Source of the DNA: Eubacteriales bacterium
Lineage (GTDB): Bacteria; Bacillota; Clostridia; Oscillospirales; CAG-272
NCBI GenBank assembly: GCA_045602215.1
Contig: JAZSBE010000046.1
Span: 1-50,961 of the forward strand
Direction of reading: 5' to 3'
DNA length: 50,961 nucleotides
Within the stretch, counting starts at the first letter, position 1. The number at the start of each line of letters is the position of its first letter. Positions 28,371 to 37,344 of this stretch are shown here, piece after piece. The position numbers and the translations under genes were made by a program. Below the pieces are notes generated by a model. It did not search any database, was not told where the DNA came from, and worked only from the letters and a program-made list of their open reading frames with translations.

Positions 28371-29821
28371 TATGCTTCACCTCTTTTTTTCTTTTTCAAC
28401 AGTTGTTTCAGAATTTTTAATGTATACGAAAAGCTCTCTATTTTAAGTAAAATCGAAGCCAAAACATAAATCGCTATTCCAAGAGGAATCTGGATCAACA
28501 GCGTGAGCCAATCGCTCAGTCCCAAAAAGCGGCAGCTATATACAATCAAGCCCATAACACAGCTGATTAAAAAATGAGGAAGAATATCCTTGATTTGCTC
28601 AACATAGCGATAATTTAACAGGGTTTTGTTTGGATATGCGTTGATCAGCTGAGAGATAAAAGTGGTAATTAACAAGCTGTACGCCATTGCCTCGACGCTG
28701 ATGGGAGCCGTAATTGCGATCGCAATTACGCCCACAACTTTTTTGGCAATCTCCAGCCTTAAGAACAAATCGCCTCTTCCCAGAGCTTTAATCGCATTCA
28801 GGTTAGCCGTTGCCAACGGGTAAAAGGAATACGTAATGCAAAATACTCTCATAAACGGTACGCACGGTAGCCACTCTTCTGTCAGAACCAGTCTGATCAA
28901 CGGCTCGCCGCATGCGGCAAGCCCCAGCATAAGCGGCATCATAACGTACGTACTGATCGAGATTGCCCTACGGGTCATAGAGCGTAGCTTTTCACAGGAA
29001 TCCTGCGCCTTAGATAACGTTGGAAACAGTACGCTGTCTATGGAAACGTTAACGTTGTTTACAATCAGGTGAGGGAATTGTTTTCCCTTGTTGTAGTATC
29101 CCAAGCTGGTAGCGCTATAAAGTTTTCCAATCAGCAGGGTTCTCAGGTCTTGGTACACCGTATCAAGAAGCTTGGCTCCCAAAAGATTCATTCCCAAGGG
29201 GAACAATCCTTTCAAACGAGTCCAAGAGAACTTGAGCTTGGGGCGCCATTTAACCACGAACCACAGAATCACCGTATTGATCAATCGGTTACTCAATGAC
29301 TGACCGATCAAAGCCCAAACGCCAAGCCCGCGCCAAGCCATGATCACTGCGATGATACCCGAACAGATTGTTCCGCCCAAGGATGCATAAAAAAACGTTC
29401 GGAATTGCAGATGTCTTGAAACGTATGCGTGCTGGATGTTTTTCACACCTGATACGACCAATATTAGGCTGAGAACGCGAATATATGCGATCATATCCGG
29501 CATTTCATAAAAGCCCGCAATCAGAGGCGCAGCGAAATACATCAGCGCGTACAGGACCACGCACATTCCCATGTTGAACCAAAAAACGCTGGAAAAATCC
29601 ATATCATCTGCGTTCTTCTTCTGGATCAATGCAGTCCCAAGTCCGCTATCAACAAAAACCTGTAAAACGCTGGTGAACACTGTCATCAGCGCAATGATGC
29701 CATAGGCCTCGGGGCCAAGCATTCGCGCCAAAATGATCGAGGTCACAAACGTCACGCCCTGGGCTGCACAACGCTCCAACAGTCTCCAAAGAAAGCTGTT
29801 AACTGTTTTTCTTTTATTCAT
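28370..29821 (-). CDS. wzx: Wzx-type polysaccharide flippase
   Basis: ILARMLGPEAYGIIA, VDSGLGTALIQKK, IGKLYSATSLGYY, VLFPTLSK; 12-14 TM segments. Confidence 0.9.
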   Translation of the reverse strand: MNKRKTVNSFLWRLLERCAAQGVTFVTSIILARMLGPEAYGIIALMTVFTSVLQVFVDSGLGTALIQKKNADDMDFSSVFWFNMGMCVVLYALMYFAAPLIAGFYEMPDMIAYIRVLSLILVVSGVKNIQHAYVSRHLQFRTFFYASLGGTICSGIIAVIMAWRGLGVWALIGQSLSNRLINTVILWFVVKWRPKLKFSWTRLKGLFPLGMNLLGAKLLDTVYQDLRTLLIGKLYSATSLGYYNKGKQFPHLIVNNVNVSIDSVLFPTLSKAQDSCEKLRSMTRRAISISTYVMMPLMLGLAACGEPLIRLVLTEEWLPCVPFMRVFCITYSFYPLATANLNAIKALGRGDLFLRLEIAKKVVGVIAIAITAPISVEAMAYSLLITTFISQLINAYPNKTLLNYRYVEQIKDILPHFLISCVMGLIVYSCRFLGLSDWLTLLIQIPLGIAIYVLASILLKIESFSYTLKILKQLLKKKKRGEA

Positions 29822-29855
29822 AAACTCTCTCCACTATTTTATCAACCGGCATCCG

Positions 29856-30974
29856 TCAGAAGAAAAATTCATACGGCATTGTTCTACTCGCATTACCATA
29901 CAAATAAATATATCCCCAATACAACAGCGCGGCCAGGATGATTCCCCAACGTATCACTGTCCGATACTTCGCTATTCTCTGACCGTTGATCAACATCCCA
30001 ACAGAAACGAGATTGATACATGAAAGATATGCGGCGATTCGGTTGCCATAGCTTAACGAGGTTCCCATAATGTATAACATCAAAAATGCAATGGGGGAAA
30101 GAAAATAGAAATCCGAATACGTATTGTTCTTAAGAAATCCTTTTCTGAGAAGCACGAGTACGATCACTTCAACGAACAAAAAGGACAATGACACGATGTA
30201 AGAGGATGCATCTTCACCTTCAAGATAATACTGGTATTTTTGGCTGAGGACTCCTGCTTCAATCAAAAATTCGACAAAAGGAATAAACAAACCGGTTCCA
30301 ACAGAAATTGCTGTAAAGGTAAGCAGTTTTCTGAAGGTTGACGCCTTTTTTTTGGTTTTTGCCGGATATAGCATTCTGAAAAGCAGCAAGGGAAACAGAC
30401 CAATAATTGCCGTGTTATGAATCATGGTTGCTACCAGCGTAAATATCAGATAGCGTAAATGCTTGCGCTGTTCAAGATCGGCAGCGACTGCGAATAGAAT
30501 TGCCACAGCGACGTATTGACGGAAAATATTCAGCGATTTTCCATAGTAAATCAGATAAAACAGGAACAAAGTCAACTCGGGCGTCACGTGATCGCGCAAT
30601 CTGAATGCGCCGATATAAACGCAAGTGACGATGATCAAATGCATGAGCGTCAAAAAGACCTGATAATCTCCCGTTGTTCTGGCAATGATGCCGAGAAGAA
30701 AAGCAAACAGGACTTCAAAACGGTCTCGGGACAGTGCAATATACTCTCTGATGTAGTCCATAAACGGCAAGTGTCTCAGAGACATCGCCCGATACCATGA
30801 GCCGTAATAGTAATTTGACGTATCAATACCAATGCTGATGTCGCGCAATCCCGCCAACAGCACAGTTATCGCAATACTAAATACGGAGAAGAAGATAAAT
30901 TCACGTCTTCTTTTTGATTTTTTAGCTATGTGTGCAAAAAAAATCGAAGCGCAATAACAAACTAAATAAAACAT
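29856..30974 (-). CDS. wzy: EpsG-family Wzy polysaccharide polymerase
   Basis: AGLRDISIGIDT..Y, NIFRQYVAVAI, IHNTA, C-terminal PY; about 10 TM segments. Confidence 0.82.
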   Translation of the reverse strand: MFYLVCYCASIFFAHIAKKSKRRREFIFFSVFSIAITVLLAGLRDISIGIDTSNYYYGSWYRAMSLRHLPFMDYIREYIALSRDRFEVLFAFLLGIIARTTGDYQVFLTLMHLIIVTCVYIGAFRLRDHVTPELTLFLFYLIYYGKSLNIFRQYVAVAILFAVAADLEQRKHLRYLIFTLVATMIHNTAIIGLFPLLLFRMLYPAKTKKKASTFRKLLTFTAISVGTGLFIPFVEFLIEAGVLSQKYQYYLEGEDASSYIVSLSFLFVEVIVLVLLRKGFLKNNTYSDFYFLSPIAFLMLYIMGTSLSYGNRIAAYLSCINLVSVGMLINGQRIAKYRTVIRWGIILAALLYWGYIYLYGNASRTMPYEFFF

Positions 30975-31172
30975 TTTCCATTCCCTTTACAAAACGTATG
31001 AATCCAACGGAATGACTGAGCGCGTGAATGTCAAAAAGCTCAGCCGCTCCGACGTTGCATTTGAAAGCATCTTGTGTTTTTTCAAAGCCGTTCACGCGAT
31101 GACAAATCTTTTCCCGATCTTCAAAAGCCGCTGCACAAAATGCATAACAAGGAATATGATTCGATCGTGTTT

Positions 31173-32333
31173 TCAGTGTTTCTTCTTTTTCATTGTTGCT
31201 TTATAGTTGAACACTTGATGGAACAAATGATTCCAGAAAGGTTTAGGATCCTTTTTATCGTACAAAATCTCTGTGGTGTTTTTCCAGCTGAACCACGAGG
31301 GCTTTGCGCTAAAGCGCTTGGAGGATTTCAAGAACCATGCAATATCGGTGTCAAAATGGCGGATATACATTCCGAATTTTTTATTTTCTTCGTATTGTGT
31401 CACTTCTTCACCAAGTACCATTTCCAACATTTGTCTTGAAATATTAAAGCCACACAAATACGCCATCTTTACGCTTGCCGGAATACGACCGTTGATCTCT
31501 AACAGACGGGGCTCACCGGTTTCCTTGTCGATCATAAAACCAACATTGGCAAATCCCTGCCATTTCAACTCCTGAAGCAGCTTTCCTGCATACTGTATTG
31601 CTTCGGGTGCCTCAACAGCCTGAATCAAAACGCCGGTACCCGCATCGAGCGGAAACCATCTCAAGACGTCTACTGCGTATGCCGAGCAAACATTCCCCTT
31701 AGGATCGATAAACAGATTTGTTCCGATTCGTTTGTCAAAGTTCACAAATTCCTGCACGACGTAGTTGTCAACGTCAAAAGCGGGATCATTCAGATAAGAA
31801 CGGAATTCCTCCTCCGTCTCAAACTTATGAAAACCGATAGATCCCAAGCCCTGACGAGGCTTGATGATAATGGGGAATTTAGCGTGAGCCAAGAAGTCTT
31901 CAATATCCTGCGTGCTGTGCCTTGTGTACGGGCAAGGGATCCCTGCTTGCATAGCAGCATCAAAGGTGATTTGTTTATTAAAAGCTTTGATGTAAACTTC
32001 TCTCGGCGCGCATGCCAGTTTTACGTACTTGGCAAATTCGGCCTCGTGCTGCGTCACCATGTTTGTGCTCATTTCACCGATCGGCATAAAAACGTCATAT
32101 TTGCCGGTCTTTGCAAGATCCAGCAAATAGGGGATATACCTTTCATTTTGCGGAGAAATGTCTTCTGCAAGCAATTTTACATCCGGAAGATTCGATACGT
32201 AACAAGTATTCTGTACGGATGAACACAGTACGGTAATATGACAGCCTAATTCCTTCAGACCCTTAATCATTGCGTGCGGCTGCTTGCCGGCACCGCTCAA
32301 AACCAAAACTCGGATTGTTGTGAAATCCACCAT
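31173..32333 (-). CDS. ATP-grasp carboxylate-amine ligase family protein
   Basis: FPIIIKPRQGLGSIG, VVQEFV, GFANVGFMID, LLEINGR. Confidence 0.85.
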   Translation of the reverse strand: MVDFTTIRVLVLSGAGKQPHAMIKGLKELGCHITVLCSSVQNTCYVSNLPDVKLLAEDISPQNERYIPYLLDLAKTGKYDVFMPIGEMSTNMVTQHEAEFAKYVKLACAPREVYIKAFNKQITFDAAMQAGIPCPYTRHSTQDIEDFLAHAKFPIIIKPRQGLGSIGFHKFETEEEFRSYLNDPAFDVDNYVVQEFVNFDKRIGTNLFIDPKGNVCSAYAVDVLRWFPLDAGTGVLIQAVEAPEAIQYAGKLLQELKWQGFANVGFMIDKETGEPRLLEINGRIPASVKMAYLCGFNISRQMLEMVLGEEVTQYEENKKFGMYIRHFDTDIAWFLKSSKRFSAKPSWFSWKNTTEILYDKKDPKPFWNHLFHQVFNYKATMKKKKH

Positions 32334-32335
32334 TT

Positions 32336-33031
32336 TTATGCCTCCACCTCTTCATTCCTCTTGCATATGTATGCTGCCTGCTCCTGCGCCTCTTCCTCGT
32401 ATTTGGTCAAAGGGAAGTTCTTTTTCTTCAAAAGAACGATTTGAACGATCAGCTGTACCGTTCTGAAGATACAGTAGATATCCAATACGCACGACTGCTT
32501 CTCTACGTACATCTTTGCCAATTGCGTTCTGACCGGCACGATGTTTTGCTTGTAAAAATCCGAATCGGTAACAAAAAGATCCCCGTGCGTATAGTCATAC
32601 AAGCTATCCAGACAAGCAAGTCCCGGTCTGACAGTCAACACCGACGATGCGTCGCCCGTATACAACCGATTTACCACTTTTTGCGGGTACGGGCGAGGGC
32701 CAACAAACGACATATGGCCTAAAAAAACATTTACAAGCTGTGGCAGCTCGTCCAGCTTACTCTTTCTCAAAAAAGAGCCGAATGCAAAAATGCGATCATT
32801 GTTTACCAAGCATCCTTTCTCTACCACGCCTTCTTCCTTGACGTGCATGGATCGGAATTTATACATCGTAAACAGTTTTCCGTTCAGTCCAACACGCTCA
32901 CTGACGTACAGAACGGGGCCCTTGCTGGATAACTTGATTCCAACGACGATGATTAAGAGGATCGGTGCCAGGATCAGGATCGCCATAGCGGACACGATGA
33001 TATCAAATAATCTTTTAACAACCTTGTACAT
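32336..33031 (-). CDS. Initiating sugar-phosphate transferase (small monotopic PGT)
   Basis: KRLFDIIVS, KFRSM, SKLDELPQLVNV...MSFVGPRP, VRPGL. Confidence 0.92.
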   Translation of the reverse strand: MYKVVKRLFDIIVSAMAILILAPILLIIVVGIKLSSKGPVLYVSERVGLNGKLFTMYKFRSMHVKEEGVVEKGCLVNNDRIFAFGSFLRKSKLDELPQLVNVFLGHMSFVGPRPYPQKVVNRLYTGDASSVLTVRPGLACLDSLYDYTHGDLFVTDSDFYKQNIVPVRTQLAKMYVEKQSCVLDIYCIFRTVQLIVQIVLLKKKNFPLTKYEEEAQEQAAYICKRNEEVEA

Positions 33032-33042
33032 ATTTCAAATCC

Positions 33043-33702
33043 TTACTTTGTTTCTCTGATCAGCATAAATGCCTCGGCGGCCTTTACGTTTACGGTTGCG
33101 CCCCTGAACTTAGCCAACGCTTCAACGCTCTCCAAGGAACGCAGATCCGGGAATGGATGTACCTGCGATTCGAAGAAATTTAACGTTTTTAGCTTGTCAT
33201 CCAGGAAATCGGAAATATCCTCGAACACATTCGGAATAAACGAGTAATTTTCGGTAGGAAGATTGATTCCCGTTTCGGACAGGGTTTCATACGCATAGAT
33301 ACGCTTTACAGGATGATTGTATTTGCTTCTGAGAGCGACCATAGCAGCTTCGGTTACAATTTGATGATCCTTTTGCATATCACCCCAAAAGGGAAGGTAA
33401 ATCTCATCCGGCTGAACGCGTACAATGGTATCCAAAATGGCTTTGTTCAACTCTCTTCTGGAGAACGACTCCAAATTCACCGCGGAAAATGGCAAGCCTA
33501 TATATTCGTCCACGCCGCAAAACGCATGCGCTTTCTTCATTTCCTCATGAATTCTTGCAACGTTGGGCGGCAGCTGCTGACCTTCACGTGCGGTAACGAC
33601 ACAAACCGCTACTTGATCGCCTTGGGCTTTTCTTTTTAAGATCGTTCCCCCCACGCCCAATATTTCATCATCTCTGTGCGGGGCAAAAATAAGTATCTTC
33701 AT
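33043..33702 (-). CDS. PIG-L family de-N-acetylase
   Basis: APHRDDEILGVGGT, D..KDH, AYETLSET, AKFRG...AEAF. Confidence 0.9.
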   Translation of the reverse strand: MKILIFAPHRDDEILGVGGTILKRKAQGDQVAVCVVTAREGQQLPPNVARIHEEMKKAHAFCGVDEYIGLPFSAVNLESFSRRELNKAILDTIVRVQPDEIYLPFWGDMQKDHQIVTEAAMVALRSKYNHPVKRIYAYETLSETGINLPTENYSFIPNVFEDISDFLDDKLKTLNFFESQVHPFPDLRSLESVEALAKFRGATVNVKAAEAFMLIRETK

Positions 33703-33745
33703 CTAACGCAATCCCTTTTCTGTATGATCATATCAAATTTAAGCT

Positions 33746-35017
33746 TTACTCAAAAAAACGGGCAACGTCAAATCGTTCAAACAACATATTTTGACCGTCA
33801 ACGTCATCTATTTTTACGCGATTTTGTATGCATTGAATACGTTCGGCCATTTCTTCGAGCGTATCCGCCCGTAGCTTGAATGAAATCACACGCTGTTGCG
33901 TGGTTCCTCTGTCAAGAATGTTTTTTCCTGCGTACACATATTTGCTTACGTCAAGCACGTTTTTGTCGACCTCGGGATAATCAACGTGACCAACCTCGCC
34001 GCCATGCGCATACATAACGTACGTAGCCATAAACTGTTTGATTTGGGGATTATCTTTTTCGAGGGAATCCCCCATAGAGCCGGTCAACGAGTGGTTGATG
34101 AGCATTTTCATATGATTGATCCCATTGCATTTGTCCAAAAGCTTCCAATCGTTTCCGCCGTTCAATCGCAATCCCATTTCAAAGGCTACGATTTTCTCGT
34201 CGGTGGCAATTAACTGGAATCCGGCGATACCGTTTTTTACGCCGATATCTCTCAAGAAATTTTTTATCTTGGCATCAACGGTATCCAAATACAGCTGATA
34301 ATATCTTGAAGGGGTAATTGCAACGTCGCACAAGCAAGAATACTTTTTCCCTTCTTTTGACAGATACTTGTCATTTATGATGGACAAGCTGATTTCCTCA
34401 TCCACGATCGTGTAGATTGCGGTAAGCTCCATTCCCGACAAGTATTCTTCTACCACCACTGTGTGCGTGATCGAATTTTGCTCTGCCAAAATCAAGGCAT
34501 CGTCCAATTCTTCTCTGTTGTAGCAAACCGTAATTCCGATTCTTCCGGCGTAATCCGCCGGCTTTACAATCACAGGATATTCGATACTGTCTTTATCGAG
34601 GTCGCACACCCTTCCGTTCTTGCAATATTCTCTTGGAGTAGGTATGCCGTTTTTGATACATAATTCCTTGAAAACTCTTTTGTTTCTTGTTAATTCAACC
34701 TGCTCCGGGGTGACGTAAAAGGGGGTCCCCAGCTTCTGCGCAAGCTGAGCTGCGTAAAACACCTTTCCCTCGCTATACCCCGAGAACACACCGTTGACAC
34801 CAACCTCAAGGCATTTTTCGGCTAAACGGTCTATATCCGAGTAGTCCATATCCCACGCCTCGTCAGCAACGGCTTTTGCAGGAAGCTTGAACGTATCGTT
34901 GCCTCTTTCGGTGACAATTGTATATACTCCCATTTCCTTTGCCTGAGTCACAATATTGGAAATATTGGCTTCTCCGCCGATAATAAGCAGTTTTTTGCCG
35001 CGAGCCTCTTCAAACAT
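33746..35017 (-). CDS. ATP-grasp domain protein (paralog of 26130-27395)
   Basis: KKLLIIGG, YPVIVKPADYAGRIGI, VVEEYL, FEMGLRLNGG. Confidence 0.82.
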   Translation of the reverse strand: MFEEARGKKLLIIGGEANISNIVTQAKEMGVYTIVTERGNDTFKLPAKAVADEAWDMDYSDIDRLAEKCLEVGVNGVFSGYSEGKVFYAAQLAQKLGTPFYVTPEQVELTRNKRVFKELCIKNGIPTPREYCKNGRVCDLDKDSIEYPVIVKPADYAGRIGITVCYNREELDDALILAEQNSITHTVVVEEYLSGMELTAIYTIVDEEISLSIINDKYLSKEGKKYSCLCDVAITPSRYYQLYLDTVDAKIKNFLRDIGVKNGIAGFQLIATDEKIVAFEMGLRLNGGNDWKLLDKCNGINHMKMLINHSLTGSMGDSLEKDNPQIKQFMATYVMYAHGGEVGHVDYPEVDKNVLDVSKYVYAGKNILDRGTTQQRVISFKLRADTLEEMAERIQCIQNRVKIDDVDGQNMLFERFDVARFFE

Positions 35018-35040
35018 ATTTCCTATCCCTTTCTGCGGAA

Positions 35041-36006
35041 TTAAATCGTCTTCAAAATTTTAATTTCGTTATATTTCATCATGTAAATGCCTTCATCGTA
35101 AGCACCAATGCACTTTTGATTTGCCTTGCCGCTCAGGTTTTCCAAGATCAACTTCATATGATCACAGCCCGATTCATATGCATGCGGATAACCTCCGCCG
35201 AATCTTGGATTCACCTCGCTGATATAATACAGACCGTCGATTTCGAATATATCGATATCAATCTGCCCTTTATATCCTGCCTCCGAGACAAACGCCTCAA
35301 TCAAGTCAAATAGAACGGGATCCTTAAAGCTGACCGCCTTGTCGGTTTCGCCGGCGCGCATTTTGAGTTTCTTTTTGGTGAAGATGGATACGACCTCACC
35401 GGAAATCATATCGATATACACATCTGCGCCAATCTCCTGCCCGCCAAGGAATTCCTGAATCATCAAGTCATCGCGGTGGGCAAAAAGCTGTTCAACGGTA
35501 TCCCTGTCATATACCTTTGAAATGCTGACGCTTGCAGAGCCCTTGTAAGGCTTTACAAATACGGGATATGTCACCTCGCCGGCCTCGACCGCCCTGTAAA
35601 ACGCATCCTTGTCATCCCAGGAGCGCGCGCATTTATAGCCGTGATCTGCTAGCCAACGGTACATTTGCATTTTGTCCAAGGACATCTCGCAGAGATCGTA
35701 GGAGCTACCGATTACTTCCGTTCCAATCGCATGAAAGCGATCCGCATTCTCTGCCAAAAGACTGAGCTCCGGATCGATAAGGCTTAAAACTCCGTTAATT
35801 TTTTCTTTTTGACAGATGTCCAAGATGACGTCTATATATCCCGGTTCCGTAATCGGCGGAACAATGTAGTATTTATCCGCTTCATAAATAGCCGGTCCGA
35901 GATTGCTGGAATCTGAAGCAACGATCGTTCCGACGCCGTCAAACGTTCTTTTGAAATACTGGACAATCTTATTTCTTGTTCCTGCCGCTAATATCAAAAA
36001 GTTCAT
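35041..36006 (-). CDS. ATP-grasp domain protein (CPSase-like, polysaccharide-associated)
   Basis: MNFLILAAGTR, YPVFVKPYKGSAS, IQEFL, MRAGETDK, SEVNPRFGGGYP; AGGAG RBS. Confidence 0.88.
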   Translation of the reverse strand: MNFLILAAGTRNKIVQYFKRTFDGVGTIVASDSSNLGPAIYEADKYYIVPPITEPGYIDVILDICQKEKINGVLSLIDPELSLLAENADRFHAIGTEVIGSSYDLCEMSLDKMQMYRWLADHGYKCARSWDDKDAFYRAVEAGEVTYPVFVKPYKGSASVSISKVYDRDTVEQLFAHRDDLMIQEFLGGQEIGADVYIDMISGEVVSIFTKKKLKMRAGETDKAVSFKDPVLFDLIEAFVSEAGYKGQIDIDIFEIDGLYYISEVNPRFGGGYPHAYESGCDHMKLILENLSGKANQKCIGAYDEGIYMMKYNEIKILKTI

Positions 36007-36017
36007 CTTACTGCTCC

Positions 36018-37292
36018 TTAAAAGCAACTCTTAACAATTTCAATCACCCGATCCTGCTGCTCTGCCGTCATGTTGATGTCACTCGGCAGGCACAGGCCGC
36101 GGGCAAAGATATCTGCACCGATGTCTTTGCAGCCGCCTGCGATATAGGCGTTGGTTCTGCAGCGTCCGCTGCCTTCGCGCGTGACGAACTCGTGCATGCG
36201 GTACATGGGCTGCATATGCATCGGCTTCCAGATCGGTCTGCCCTCGGCGTTACAGTCGGCGAGCGCCTCAAGGATCTCCGTCGGGCAGGTCTTGCCCTTC
36301 TCGGGGGTGTACAGCGCCGTGGAGTCGTCTCTGACCTGTCGGCACATTGCGCTCTCGTCGATAATCATGCAGGACAGCCAATAGTTGGGCTCCGTTCCGT
36401 CGGTGATCGGATTCATCTGAACGGGCAAGCCCTCAAAGCCCTCTTTGTATCTCTCGTAAATCGCCTTTTTTCTCGCGATGTGTTCCTCCAGATAGGGATA
36501 CTGGCCGCGCACGACTCCCGCGATGACGTTGCTCATGCGGTAGTTGTAGCCGACCTCCTCGTGCTGATACCAAGGCGCGTTTTCTCTTGCCTGCGTGGAC
36601 CACTTGCGGGCCTTGTTCGCGACCTCAAGATCGTTCGTCAAGAGGCAGCCGCCGGAAGAGCCGGTGATGATCTTGTTTCCGTTGTAGCTGATTGCAGAAT
36701 AGTCTCCGAAGGAACCGCACTGCTTGCCGTTGAGCGTGGCACCCGTCGCCTCGGCGGCGTCCTCAATCAGAAGCGCGCCGTGCTTCTCGCAGATTTCCTT
36801 GATGAGATCGATCCGTCCGGGGAAGCCGTAAAGCTCTGCGGATACGACCAGCTTCACGTCGGGATACATCTCAAACGCCTTCTCCAATGCAACGGGATCC
36901 ATATTCCAGGACTCTGCCTCGGTGTCGATGAACACGGGAACGCCGCCCTCGTAAACGACGGGGTTGAGCGTTGCGTCAAAGGTCATATCCGAGCAGAAGA
37001 CGCGCTTGCCCTCGAGAGCTCCGTGACCGATCGCGGGCTTGCCGTAGATGGTCTCTCCCGCGTGCTTGACTGCCAAATGGAGCGCGGCGGTGCAAGAGGA
37101 GAGTGCAACGGCGTATTTCATTTCCGCCTTTTGTGCGGCAATGCGCTCGACCTCGTTGATGTTCTCGCCGACCGTACTCATCCAGTTCGTATCATACGCC
37201 TGACGGATATATTTCATTTCCTCTCCGTGCATGGTCGGCGTGGCAAGCCACACCTTCTTTTCAAACGGCGCAAATTGTTTTGAGCTTTTCAT
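36018..37292 (-). CDS. DegT/DnrJ family UDP-sugar aminotransferase (PglE/EpsN-like)
   Basis: VWLATPTMHG, SSCTAALHL, IEDAAEA, SYNGNKIITGSSGG, GYNYRMSN, RPIWKPMHMQP. Confidence 0.9.
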   Translation of the reverse strand: MKSSKQFAPFEKKVWLATPTMHGEEMKYIRQAYDTNWMSTVGENINEVERIAAQKAEMKYAVALSSCTAALHLAVKHAGETIYGKPAIGHGALEGKRVFCSDMTFDATLNPVVYEGGVPVFIDTEAESWNMDPVALEKAFEMYPDVKLVVSAELYGFPGRIDLIKEICEKHGALLIEDAAEATGATLNGKQCGSFGDYSAISYNGNKIITGSSGGCLLTNDLEVANKARKWSTQARENAPWYQHEEVGYNYRMSNVIAGVVRGQYPYLEEHIARKKAIYERYKEGFEGLPVQMNPITDGTEPNYWLSCMIIDESAMCRQVRDDSTALYTPEKGKTCPTEILEALADCNAEGRPIWKPMHMQPMYRMHEFVTREGSGRCRTNAYIAGGCKDIGADIFARGLCLPSDINMTAEQQDRVIEIVKSCF

Positions 37293-37344
37293 TTACCGTG
37301 TACCTCAAAGTCGTTGTTTTTCGCTTGAATCAAACCTACGGGGC

